The notes under the pieces are model-generated. The model was not told the origin of the DNA, ran no database searches, and saw only the letters and a list, made by a program, of their open reading frames with translations. From Sphyrna mokarran (lineage: Eukaryota): DNA of 64,000 nt. Below are positions 13,480 through 26,200 of the stretch, one piece after another (position 1 is the first letter of the stretch; the number at the start of each line of letters is the position of its first letter). The DNA lies in contig JAGIQG010000043.1 in assembly GCA_024679065.1 (NCBI GenBank), forward strand, positions 1,860,001 to 1,924,000, read 5' to 3'. Made by a program: the position numbers and the translations under genes.

Positions 13480-14265
13480 TAGGATCAAAATTAGGTCACT
13501 CGGCCCATGATCCTGCACCGCCATTCCTATATGGCTGATATCTTTCTCACCCCCATTCTCCTGCCTTTTCCCCAGAACCTTGATCCCCTTATTAATTAAG
13601 AAACTCTTTATCTTTGTTTTAAAGATACTCAATGACCTGGTTTCTACATTGATCTGCGGCAAAAAGCTTCCACTAATTCGCCACTCTCTGACAGATTCCT
13701 CTTCATTTCTGTTTTAGAGGATCCCAATACATGAGATAATAAATCAAGTCAAGTCATAGAGTCATAGAGTCATTGAGGTGACAGAATGGAAACAGGCCCC
13801 TTGGCCGATTTTTTCCATGCCCCCTTTTTAAAAAAAAATCCCAAAGCTTTTCCTAGTTGCCCGCATGTGGCCCATCTCCCTCTCCACCCATCGTATGCAT
13901 GTAAATATCTGAATGTGTTTTCAAAGTTAAAATTGTACCCCTCTCTAATATTATCTCTGGCAGCTTGTTCCAGGCAATCAACTCTGTGTGAAAGGAAAAT
14001 GTCCCTCTGGATGCTTCTGTATCTCTGCCCTCTCACTTTAAACCCATACCCTCAAGGTTTTAAACTCCCCTGTCTTGGGAAAAGATGTTGACTATTGACA
14101 TTGTTTATGCCCCTTATTATTTGATCGACGTCTATAAGGTGACCCCTCAGCCCCCTACGCTGCAGTTTTAAAAAAAAATCCCAGTTTATTCAGCCTCATC
14201 TTATAAATCAATCCATCAAGTTCCAGTGGCATCCTAGTAAATCTTTTCTGCACTCTTTCCAGTTT
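13480..14265 (-). mobile_element. Two old CR1 3' fragments in a gene A intron
   Basis: ORF 14155-14346 contains LERVQKRFTRM; typical CR1 tails. Confidence 0.65.
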
Positions 14266-15118
14266 AAGTCTATGTACTGTATGAACGATATGCTTGATTG
14301 TTATAGCGTGTAGGAAACAACACTTTTCACAGTATCCCCAATACATGTGACAATATTAAATCAAACCAAATCTATGTATTCTTTGTCTTTCAAGCGCACA
14401 AGAAACAACACTTTCTAAATTATCCCAATACAAGTGACAATATTAAATCAAATCAAGTCAAATCAAGTTGATGGGGACTGATATTTAACTGTCTTTCATG
14501 CCGCCATTGTTACTTTTTCCAATCTATTTAAATTGATGCCCTCCTGGTTCTCGGCCCTTTCCGCCTTTGTGAATCGATTCATCTTCGTTGTTTTGTCCAG
14601 ACAATTCAGGATTTTCACCACATTTCTCACATCTCCTCTTAACCTTCAGCTATTTCAGGATATCAACCCTCGCTTGTCCACGCTGTCCAGCTGATTGAAG
14701 TGCCTCATCTTTATGACCATTTGGTGAATAGTTTTTTTTTGCACTCTCTTCATATTTCTCATAAATTGCGTTGCCAGTAACTGAACACTTTTAAGACCGA
14801 TTCAGAATTCTGCAAAATGATGCTGTTGATTTTATATGTACGTATCATCATATCTATTCGTATGTAGTGAAACATATTGTTTCTTGCACGCTATACATAC
14901 AACACACACATTCCACAGCGTACGTAGATATGAATTGATTTGGTTTGATTTATTGTAGTCACACTTACTGGGGTACAGTGAAAAACATTCTCTCTTGCAC
15001 GCTACACAGACAAGACATACAGTTCATAGACTACATAGGGGAGAAATAAATGTAAGGATGCAGGATATATTGTCCCCTTCACAGCTCGGGTGTAGTGAAA
15101 GGTCACCTTGATATAAGG

Positions 15119-15345
15119 TAAAAACAAAATACTGCGGATGCTGGAATCTGAAAGAAACGTAGAAAATGCTGGAAAATCTTAGCAGGTCTGACAACGTCTG
15201 AGGGGACAGTATAGAGCCAACGTTTCGAGTCTAGATAACTTTTCATCGTAGCTTTGAAGAAGGATCGTCTAGACTCGAAATGTTGGCTCAATTCTCTACC
15301 CACAGATGCTGTCAGGACTTCTGAGATTTTCCAGCATTTTCTGGT
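15119..15345. mobile_element. Palindromic Penelope-like terminal relic with two decayed back-to-back hammerhead cores
   Basis: Arms ~15161-15250 and 15251-15342 are inverted about agct; ttgaagaagg...gactcgaaatgtt on + and a mirror copy on -. Confidence 0.6.
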
Positions 15346-16833
15346 TTGATATAATGACTTACGGTAGCAACGGAGAAGCTGCTCTTACGTCTGTTAGTAC
15401 GTGACCTCAAAGTTTGGTATGTTTTCCCCGATGAAAGAAGTTGGAAGAGATAATGTCCGGGCTGAGTGGAGTCCTTGATTATGTTGACAGCTTTTCTAAC
15501 GCAGTGAGAAGTGTAGATTTGCTTCATGCCCTTTCGATTCTGTGACTCGATTTCGACCCTCTGGATCTTCTATGTTTTCCTAACAGCCTGACATCTCCAA
15601 TGATTTGCAGGTGGCAGCATGGTGTTACAGTGATTCGCAGTGCTGTCTCACAGGGCCAGGGAACCTCGTTCAATTCCCGCCTTGGGTGCCTGTCTCAATG
15701 GAGTTGGCACATTTCCCCCTCTCTATATGCCTTTCCTTCAGCTGCTCTGCTTTCCCCCCACAGTCCAAAAATGGGCAGGTTAGTTGGATTGCGCCTTAAT
15801 GTCCATCAATGTGTGGTTTAGTTGGATTGGCCAAGTTAAATTACCCCTTAGTGTGCAGCAATGTGCCGATTAGTTGGATTGGCCATTCTAAGTTGTCCCT
15901 TCGTGTCCAGCAATGCGTGGTTTGGAATGATCGGCCACGCCAAATTGCCCTGTAATTGTTCAGAATGTGTATATTGGATGGATTTGCCATGCTAAACTGC
16001 CCCTTAGCATCCCAAGGTGCGTAGGTTAGGGGGATTCGCGGCTAAGTACGGGGGTTACGGGGATGAGCCCTGGGTCAAAAGAGAGTCAGTGAGGATTTGA
16101 TGAACTAAATGTCCTCCTTCTTCACTGTAGGATTGTATGATTTGAATAGATTCACGGCCAGGTAATTATTTTCCGAGTGATGAAAGTGTTGGAATCGTTT
16201 CCAACAATCCAAATTCAACATTTGCTCTTAATTCATATAAAAGAGAAACAATGGGAAAACCTAATCCAGTCAATCCTTAGAGTGTACTGCCATATGATCA
16301 TGGGGGATTAATAATGATTTATAATGTTACTGACATCAGTGGAAAATTTAAATATAACTCTTATGTGAGGAGGTAGATATAAATTGATTAATAGGCTTCG
16401 CTGAAGCAAAGTGAGGTAAATTAATTCACTGCCCTTCTGGGCGAAGATGTCAATTTCACCTCCTGTCTATGGCCTGTTTGTGAGGTGTCTGCAGTGTAGA
16501 ACTGATCTCACTTCCATTCTTAGATTCACTCTTCAAAAAGGAAGATGGGAATAAATAATAAACTTCAAAAGGGAAATCACTTCTTGACATGAAGGTGAAA
16601 ACTTGAAAGGGCGAGGGGTAAAATAGTGAGCAGAACAGCATCGCTGTTTCGAAGAGTGAGTCTGGACATAATTGACTTTCTGGGTGCATTGCTCAAAGAT
16701 TCTTACATGATTTCAGGAATATAAATCGAAACGTGGAAGTGTGTATCAAACGCGAACCTACTCTGGGTAGGTGCAACACAATACAGTCTGACATATTTTA
16801 TCAATTGATCGCACATACACGTTCAGATAAGTA

Positions 16834-16837
<4 letters not shown>

Positions 16838-16894
<57 letters not shown>

Positions 16895-17290
16895 ATACAC
16901 TCAGATATATGTCGATATACAACGCTTAGATATTTATGTATATACAAACATAGACAAAAACGCTCAATATTTCTCTTTATGCACACATTTACACGCACGC
17001 TCAGATACTTACCCATACGCACAAATAGACACACATCCGTTCAGATATTTATTTATGTACAACACATAGACACACATTTGGCTCATATATTTACAGATAC
17101 ACAGACATAGACACACATTCTCAGATCTTTATCCATACGCACATGCAAGCTTAGTTATATGTATGTATGTTTATATATTATATATATATATTCTCAGACA
17201 TATATATATATATTATAACCTCACGCCCATTTACGTATCCATATACACATATTCAGATATATAACTACATACACACACAAGTTCCGATAT
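16838..17290. repeat. (CA)n microsatellite and CA/TA-rich low-complexity tract in gene A intron 3
   Basis: Pure (CA)n at ~16838-16888, then degenerate repeats of ctcagatat. Confidence 0.9.
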
Positions 17291-17635
17291 TTATCTACAT
17301 TCACAGTTCAGATATATAATCATATGCACAGATGTTCAGGTATGTATTAATACACACACGTCTAAGTCTGAGATATCCACGAACAGACTCAAAAACTGCT
17401 TCTTTCTTGCTGCCTTCGGGCTTTTGAATGCACCTATCTTGCAATAAGCTAATCTTTCTCTAAACGTTAACTGTGTGTAAAACAACATGCTGTACTCTCT
17501 CCTTTCATTCACCCCGTGAACTGTATGAACGTCATGCTTTGTCAAAATAGCATACAAGAAATTATACATTTCACTGTATACTAATGCATGAAAAATAATG
17601 CTTCAAATGAAATCAAATGCACATATGCTCAGGGA

Positions 17636-17765
17636 NNNNNNNNNNNNNNNNNNNNNNNNNNNNNNNNNNNNNNNNNNNNNNNNNNNNNNNNNNNNNNNNN
17701 NNNNNNNNNNNNNNNNNNNNNNNNNNNNNNNNNNNNNNNNNNNNNNNNNNNNNNNNNNNNNNNNN
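17636..17765. other. Assembly gap (N) in gene A intron 3
   Basis: Run of N. Confidence 1.
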
Positions 17766-17948
17766 CACACACAAACAAACGCACACACGCATAGTCAGAA
17801 TCCCATATATGTTTATACATACAAACACGCACACACGTACAAACATACACACACGCACACATATGCCAAGATGGCCTGGTTCTACTAAACTAATCCACTT
17901 ATCTCTAAAGTTGAATAGAAACCTTCATAATACACAGTAGCATCTCAC

Positions 17949-18279
17949 CTTTCCAATTTTCAGTTGCCTTAGGAAACGAAACACTTTTTGTCCAATATTT
18001 CCTCGGAGTCCCCAGTTGAGCAATACAATTACAGATAGCGCCGCTTCTCCACGTTACCCCCGACACCATGACGTTACACCTGACGGGAGGAGGTCCCGTC
18101 CTCCTCCATTGTCCCTGGATCAGTCGATCCTTCAGCGACTAAACCGGAAATATTCCAGAAAACAGCAATCTGGTTGGAAGAAACTCCATTGACCAAACAC
18201 ACCAAGGGGACGGTATCATTCACATCCAGCTCATCCGGCGGGATAAATACCTGCACTGCCGTCTTGTTGGTAGAACTGT
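17949..18279 (-). CDS. Gene A exon 3, C1-set domain, frameshifted at 18085-18087
   Basis: VFIPP...VPLVCLVNGVS...FWNISG...EDGTSS, then after removing one base VRCNVMVSGVTWRSGAICNC..., collinear with gene B C1; 90-nt intron to V; donor G|gtgaga. Confidence 0.9.
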
Positions 18280-18369
18280 CTAGACAGAAATTGGGACATA
18301 GTTAACGATTTATTTACACCAAATGTTACTGCTGTGCACAATCTAAATTCATTTCACTTGCTCTCTTAC

Positions 18370-18702
18370 CTCCAACTTGTAGTGTGAGTCCATTCTGGAG
18401 CGGTGCATTGCTATCCTTATCAGCACAGTAGTAGGAACCCGAGTCATTCGCCTGGACATTGCGAATTTCCAGGATCAATTCACGTTTGTCGTGGCCTTTT
18501 TTAGAAATAAACTTACAATCAGCCTCCTGACAGGCTGGGATATCGATTACTTTCGGGATTTCACCAACATTTTGTTTGTACCAGAAATAGCTGGCCACGA
18601 CTTCCACCTCGAATTCCAGTTGACAGGTTAAATCCACCGTCTGGCCGACTTCGGCTGTCACTGTGAAGAGCCTTTGAGGTAGAGAGGAGTCGGAATCTGT
18701 AA
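18370..18702 (-). CDS. Gene A exon 2, V-set domain with extra Cys pair and degenerate J-like end
   Basis: GQTVDLTC...FWYKQ...ACQEADCK...LEIRNVQANDSGSYYCA...LQNGLTLQV; acceptor ctctctag (in-frame alternative start at 18696); donor G|gtaaga. Confidence 0.93.
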
Positions 18703-19291
18703 CTAGAGAGATTATTCAAACATTACCACATATTTCAACATAGAAAGTAGCCTTTTGGAAAAAAAACGCTGTAAATTAAGAACAGTTTCATTATTATCTT
18801 CAATTATACTTCTGCAGATTATTTCCCAAGTTGTGTTTTCTTCGCTTGAAAGGAGGAAGCTGAAAATCCCTTGTACCGATAATTAAGTCGTATTTGTAGT
18901 GCTGTAGCCGGGCGGCATGTGTTTGGCACCTTTGGCTCACGGCGCTGGGGACCAGGATTCAATTCCTGGCCTGGGTCACTGCCTGTGCACGTTCTCCCCG
19001 TGCCTGCATGGGAGTTTCCTCCCACTCACCGAAAGCTGTGCTGGTTCGGTGCATTGGCCGTGCTAAATTCTGCCTCTATGTAACCGTACTGGCGCAGGTG
19101 TGTGGCGACTGGAGTCTTTTCATAGTAACTTCATTGCAGAGTCGATGCAAAAGTGAAGATTACTAGTCACAAGTGAGGCTTACACTAACATTGGAATGTG
19201 AAATTCCCCTGGAAGCCGACTTGTGGCACTAATGCTTAAGAAACTAACTTGGCTGCTGCCATTTTCAATGTCTCACCTGGCAAATACTCAC

Positions 19292-19346
19292 CATGAGACC
19301 ACAACGCATGGAGAATGAGTATCAGGGATAAAGATTGCTGGGGCAT
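19292..19346 (-). CDS. Gene A exon 1, signal peptide MPQQSLSLILILHALWSH
   Basis: ATG in AAAATG context, hydrophobic core, donor G|gtgagt in phase 1. Confidence 0.85.
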
Positions 19347-19699
19347 TTTGCACAGATGAGCAATATCTCCCTGTTTCCACTCACACCAGTTTGTTTTTGC
19401 TGAGAGGTCCGAGGACTGACCTGGTCTCAGACCTAGTTAATTGTTGCACTTTATGATTGGGTGGAAACTGTGACAAGAGACAATGGAAAGTGTGACATAG
19501 TACTGATGATGTTGCGCTGCTGAATGCATTTGACGCACTGTGATCGCCGCCTACGTGTCACAGGATCAAGTGATAGAACATTCACGCAGAGCTTGACTGG
19601 TTTGACATACCGAGGGGACCACAAGCTAATCATTGTGCTGATATGTGCAGAATATGTAAGTTACAGGTTAATTTATCCTCAGGATATACAATACGGCGG

Positions 19700-21800
19700 C
19701 TTAGTTGAGAAGGGTGAGGGCGTTGATCTCACTGAAACTTACAGAACACTGCAACGCCTTGTAAAGTGGACATGGAGAAGATCTTCAGAATATAATAGAA
19801 TAGAAGCACTACAGTCCAGAAGGAGGCCATTTTAGCCGTTCGAGGTTGCACTGACAATGACACCAGCCAGGCAATATATCCGTAACGTATCTTACACTCT
19901 TAGCCCCCCTCCCCCCTCCACCTCTCCCCTTCACTCCCCCCACCCCGACACTAAGGGACAATTTAGCATGGCTAATCCAACAAACCCGTACATCTTTGGA
20001 TTGTTGGAGGAAACTGGAGCAACGACAGAAATCCCATGCAGACACTGCGAGAATGTGCAAACTCAACACAGTCACCCAAGACCGGAATTGAATCCGAGTC
20101 CCTAAGTGCTGTGAAGTAGCCGTGCTAAAAGCTGTGCCACCATCCATTAGTTGGAGAGACTCGGCTCTGAGTGCACAGACTCAGAGTAAAGGGTTGACCC
20201 TTTCGCACCGAGAAGAGATTCCCTCAGCCAGAGAGACGTTAATCTGTGGAATTCATTGCCACAAAAGGCCGTGAAGGCCAAGTCATTGAGCGTATTTAAA
20301 ACAGTGATAAGTAGGCTTTGGACAAGAGATAGATTGGCAAGTGGTTCAAAAGTGTAGAGGAAAAGGCGGGAGAGTGGGGTTGAGAAACATATCAGCCATG
20401 ACCGAATGGCAGAGCAGACCCGATGGGCAGAATGACGTAATTAAGTTATTTTATCTTATGGACTTATTGCTCGGCAATATGTATTAACCAGCTATATCAT
20501 CCGATTGAGTTGTCCTTGTAAAATATTATAGTATAGAATTATATATTATAGAAGTGTAAAACACTTCGATGTTGTGCTGGACATGACAGGAGTTAAAGTA
20601 ATCCCTTTTGTCTTACCTTCGTCCATATCCTCTGTTTCTTGAATATTCATACCATTATCTAAAAGCCCCTTAAACGCCACTTTCAGACCTACCTCCAACA
20701 CCACCCCAGACAGCGCGTTCTGGACAACTATTACTCGCCGTGTAAACAATTTACTCCTCGCACCTCCTTTGAACTTTCCCTCTCTCACCTTAAGTATTTG
20801 ACATCTCAAATCTGAGAAAAATTATTTTGAGTGCCAACTCTATTCATGACTATTATAATTTTTATAGACGTCTATCAGGTCTCCCCTCAGTCTTCAATGC
20901 CCCATTGAAAACAGCTTCTGCATCTTCTGTGTGGTTGTCCTTGTGCTATATCAACAGTGCTAAATAGGAGCGAGGACCATCAATTTGACCACGCCGCAGT
21001 GAAGTAACGGCAATAGGTTTCAAATATATTGCGTCTGATTGGGAGGGGAGTTGATGGCGATGGTGTACACCATCTCTTTGTCCTTCTCTTTGTCCTTCAG
21101 GGCCAAGAAGGTTTTGATTTGCAAAGTGAATGACAGGAATATAAATTGAATATACAAGTACATACGATGATCCATTCTGAAAAAAGGCTTTGTTTTTACA
21201 GTTATTGTTATAGAAACATCGGCAATATAAGCAAGAAGTGGCCATTTGGCATTTTGAACCTGTTCTGCCGTTCATTTTGGTCAAGGCTGATCATCAAATT
21301 CAATGTCCCGAATTCCCCCTTTCCCCTCATATTCCTCTTTTGACCTAAAAGCTATTTCTTCTAATTCGTCGAACTCCATTTTGAAATCACAAAACTTTTT
21401 GGCCTCAACAACAGTCTGTGGTAGTGAGTTTCGCTCCCTGGGTGAAGACATCCCTCTCCATCTCAGTTCTAAAAAGTTTACCTGATGGAACTTTCTATGT
21501 TACAACGAGACCCCCTCTTACTCTCCTAAACTCTGAAGAATTCAATCCAAACCGACTTAGTCTCTCCCCACTTGACAGACCTGTTATCTCAGGAATCAAC
21601 CTGGTCCACCTTCGCTGTTCTTCCTGTAAAGCAAGGACATGCTTCCCTCAAATAAGGCAACCAGAATTGTACACAACACTCTAGATTTTTTTTTTTAAAG
21701 CACATAATGTTTTGGTCTCAGCTCCTTTATGTGATAGTGAGTTCTACACATTCAACACTCTTTGGGTGAGGAAATTTCTCCTCACTTCAGTCCAAAAACT
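19700..21800. mobile_element. Cluster of decayed CR1 fragments (both strands) with a nested SINE at ~19790-20140
   Basis: ORF 20546-20809 resembles the CR1 C-terminus (FTRRVIVVQNAL); CR1 tail motifs. Confidence 0.6.
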
Positions 21801-22865
21801 GGGGCGGTACGGTGGCATAGTGATTAGCACTGATGCTTCACAGCATCAGGGACCTGTGTTTGATTCTCGGTTTTCCTCACTGTCTTTATGGAATGTACAC
21901 GTTCTCCCTTTGTCTGCGAGGGTTTCCTCCGGATGCTCTAATTTCCTCTCACATACTCAAAGACATACTAATTCGGTGCATCGACCTGAACAGGCGCCCG
22001 GCTGTGGTGGTAGTGGGGTGGGGGAGGGAGGGATTTCAAATTTCACAGCAAGTTGTTTGCAGTGTTAATATAAGCTTTACTACTAAGACTAATAAATTAA
22101 CTTTAAACTTGAATAGGTTTACCAATATCTTCAGAAATGATCTGTCGGTAATGACATAACCTGCTTGCACAGAAACTGTAAAATACTGGATGGGCTGTGG
22201 GTGCATTCAATTGAAATAACTGCACAGTTGCAGCCCGAGTTATTTCGATGCTCCTTGTACGTCGAGAATATGCTGTCCGGTATTTGGCACAATACGTTTT
22301 TGTGAGTAAGTCTGGATATCTTTGACTTGTCTTCCAAGTTGGGCCTTGAAGAAACACATGGAGTTAGTCGCGCATTCATGAGGACATTGTACATAAGGTC
22401 ATTCATGCAATAGCTTGGCCTTTGTTCATTTTATCAAAGCTGGTGGCAGGCAGTCTGCTGCTTCCAGTTTCAAGCTGAGAGGCAAGATGTGTCATCCCCA
22501 GGCAGCTCTCTGCGTGCACCGTCTCAATTGTAAAAACAAGCCAACCACTGAGAGTTTCTGGCTCGAATAATTTTCCATCAGTGGTTTAAAGTCGATAGAA
22601 TCCTGGCTAGTGATTTGCGCCCCTCGATATCCTCTGCACACCGTAGAACATGCGAGCCGTCCTTGTGTGGGTGGAAGCAAAGAGCCGTGGACAGAGACAA
22701 TGCGCATCTTTGCTGCCACACCAAACCGTCCGTTACAGGGGCGACTGGCTCGCTTCATTTTCATTCTATTTTATGCACTTATGCAGGACAGTTCAGACAC
22801 AGTTCCCAGAGGTCAGAAGCCAATCTACAAATTCATTCTACAAATCTCTTCATTTTAAAGGAGAA

Positions 22866-23205
22866 GCGATGGCCGAGTAGCATTATCGCTGGACTATTAA
22901 TCCAAACACTCAACTGCTGTTCTGGTGACCCTGGTTCTAATCCCGCCACGATAGCTGGAGGTATATTCATTCAATAGAAGGTATCTGGAATTCAAAATCT
23001 ACTATGACTATGAAACCATTGTCTATTATCAGGTAATACCCCCAAATTTCCTTAATACCCTTTAACGAAGGAAATCTGCTCCCCTTATCAGTTCTGGCCT
23101 ATATGTGACTCCAGACACATAGCAATGTTGTTGAGTCTCAACTGCCCTCGAGCAGCTAGGGATAGGCAACAATTTCTGGACAGCGAGCGATGCCCAAGTC
23201 CCATG
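22866..23205 (+). mobile_element. tRNA-headed Deu-domain-type SINE (SacSINE1-like)
   Basis: tRNA-like head, then aggaaatctgc..tctggcctatatgtgactccagac..agcaatg..aactgccctc, matching my recollection of the Deu central domain; not database-checked. Confidence 0.55.
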
Positions 23206-26200
23206 AATATGTGATTCTTTTGAGGCAACGCGCGTTCCCCATCATTGTACTGAATATTATATGTGACAGGGGTTCCTGAGGGGTATTAGAGAAAATACAA
23301 ATTTCACTGAATTCACTGCAGAACTAGGTCATATTTCTAATGAGAGAATCCAATAAGCATCAACATTTGCCCCATTAACAGGTCCAAGTGTTTTGCCTGT
23401 TAGAATGATGCATAATAGCCCTTTGCAATAGCTGCCACATTGATCGGGATTCTATTCTTTATTCTCATTCGGATTTGAAGTCTTAAGACAGCTGATAAGG
23501 CTGATGTTTAGAAGGCACATTGTAAAATTAAAATTTGTATTGGTTTGAAACACCACTTGTAATTCATTTGCTTCTCCCCTCCCTCCACCGGAAATCTGAG
23601 TGAACACACCGGCCAAGGAAAAGTGAGCGAATGATCCATTTCATAATGTTGATTAGTAACTTCGTTACTCTTTTGGTCGAGAACTTCAACTTTCTTGTGT
23701 CCAGATCACCAGCAATCTGTCCTGGTCCCTTCATGCCGAAGATATGGTTAGGGAAGCCCACCAACCGCTCTACTTTCTCAGATGGCTAAAGAAATTCGAC
23801 ATTTCTGCGCGGCCTCTCACCAACTTTTACAGATGCATCATAAAAAGAAACATCCTTTCCGGATGTCACACAGGTTGGTACGGCTGCAGCTCTGACCAAC
23901 ACTGCAAAAACTACAAATGGTTGTGAATGAGGCCAACTGCATTTTACTGTTGTCAGATAATTTAATCAAATCTGATGAACTCATTTAACTGTCATATTGG
24001 CACTTCCTGGAATATTCTGGGGTGCATCATCCACTGGCCACTTCTAATTGAAGTTTGTTACAGCAGTTTCATCCTTGCATTATTCACTGATGTGCTGGGT
24101 TCCCCGTCATTGAGCTTAGATATATGATTGGAACTTCCTAACCCATTAAGTATCGCAGTTAATACCTCCATTCCCTACTGAATGGAGGAGGACAGCAGTT
24201 GACAGTGATTTGCTTTAGTTCTGTCTATCGCATGCTGCGTTCGCTGTTTGGAACGCAAGACTTCGTGTGCTGCACTTTAACGACGTTACATTCTATTTTT
24301 AAGGTTCTCCCCCGGTCAATACATCCTTCAAGTGAATTTCAAGATGGAGGAGTATTGATGCATGAGCTGAGGCGGACAGTATGAGGCAAATAGCAGAACG
24401 TTTTCTTGTCCATGGATGTGCTGTTGGCAAGTGACGTGCTCCAGAGACGTTGGGAACTCAGTGCATAAATCTGCGATTCTATCTCTGTTCAGCCTTTGTA
24501 GTACTGCAGCGCCACCTCAGGGATGGCGTTGGTAATGTCTAAGATTTCCTCCACCTGACCTGATTTCCTGAGTATGCTGATTTCCTGAGCATGCCGATTT
24601 ACAGCTTTTTGTTTTGCTATTTCGGGGGTAGGGGGTCAGCCGAGGTGGCTGGGGGAGGGGTAGTAGGGAGGGGTCGGGAAAGATATAGGTACGGAATGCA
24701 TTTCCTCTAAACTTAGAAGAGAACCCTCCCCATCCCTCAGATGTTATTAGGGTGTGCTTAGAAGGGTCAACTTTGCATTTTTTTCTGCTGTTGTTTTCGA
24801 TGTCTCTATGAATGTGGGGCGATGTTTCCTGATCTATTCTTATTGCACCATTTTTATACAATGGGGTGACATAAAAACTATCTCAAAGGCCCCGGAATCA
24901 TAAGTGGCCAATGTAAGACTGGCCGCAGAGTGACCATTTCATACCCTAAATGTTTCTTTATGACGACCGATCACGGTTTCGGAGTCTGTATAACCGGGAT
25001 ATGTTTTTGGACTGTAACTACAATTACTTCCGTTATCAACTGAAATTTAATTCCACATTTTCCGAATTCTATTGAATATCCCAAACGGGTAGAGGTGAGA
25101 ACATCGGAGTGGCAGCGCAGGCTCGTTGGACCGAAGGGCCTGTTTCCCGTGTTGTTTTGCTTTTTGTTCTTTGATTTGTCTGCATATGTCGAAGGATGTG
25201 ACCATCGGCGGACTGTGTCCGGTTTAACAATTCAAATGGTGTATCTTCTCTTAAATGACATTCTGATTTAAATATTAATGGCATGGTTTTTCATGTGAAA
25301 TATTTCATGACCAACATTCATCCCAATTTGCCTATGATTCACCTACCGGTTTCATGTTCCATGCTAAACAACTGAACTGATTTGAGGCTGATTTGACTCC
25401 TACACATGTGCATCAGCGGGGGTGAACAACCAGACACTTAAAACGCTTTTCTTCATTGAACAAAGACCGATATGAAGACAAGAAGGAGGCTAGAAGTTAA
25501 GTGGATTATCTAAGATTTCCAAACGGATCCACTGCAGTCACGGACAGGAACTAAACGGTCAATCTAAATATCAAAGAATCTCAACAAACAACTAAACAAT
25601 GTTAAGATAATGGGTTATTATTAGTAATATTGATAATAATAATTTTAGAAAGACATGATTGATTTCAATATGTTTGGTACTTTCCACGGACGGGCGAGTT
25701 TGAGAATCCCTGGGACCTTACATAAACACTGGATGGCTTGTGGGAATATGACTGGATTTATTTTAGAGATTAAGTTGCTATAGGATCTGCACCCTAAAGG
25801 TATGTTTATTTATGAGTCTAACCAGGGAAGAATCTTTGCTGGAAAATATTCTGTAAAATTAACGTTCATGGTGTAATGTAATCTGTGTGTAACTTTTGTA
25901 TCATTTCTAATAAATGGATAACTTTAACATTTAAAAGCATCAGTCTTGTTGTGGAATTTCTAGCACCTGATCTTGTACATCTACCTTCTTGTAGAAAGGG
26001 ACAAGTAAAAGACGGATGCAATGATGTGATTTGTTATTGTCACATATATTAGGATGCAGTGAAATATATTATTTTTTGCGCACCATACAGACAAAACATA
26101 CCATTCAAAGAGTATGTGGAGGTAAGGAAAATAGAGGGTGCAAAATACAATGCTGCAGTTATCGAATTTGTGTGGACAAAGTTCAGCTTAATATGTGATA

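Larger units (their letters stand above)
10259..19346 (-). pseudogene. Gene A: V-C1-TM IgSF receptor with ITIM-like tail (8 coding exons, ~341 aa if repaired); 1-bp frameshift in C1 (pseudogene, null allele or assembly error)
   Basis: Exons 19346-19292, 18702-18370, 18279-17949, 13206-13105, 13002-12972, 12766-12720, 10478-10429, 10336-10259 are joined by GT-AG introns with compatible phases (1,1,1,1,2,1,0). The C1 exon is 331 nt instead of a multiple of 3. Confidence 0.85.

Noticed and set aside
16456-16530. Exon-like segment in gene A intron 3
   Set aside because: Gives an immediate stop in the required phase 1.
18424-18430. Heptamer-like CACAGTA at the end of both V exons (also ~46772-46778)
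   Set aside because: It is simply the reverse complement of the Tyr-Cys-Ala codons; I saw no properly spaced nonamer.
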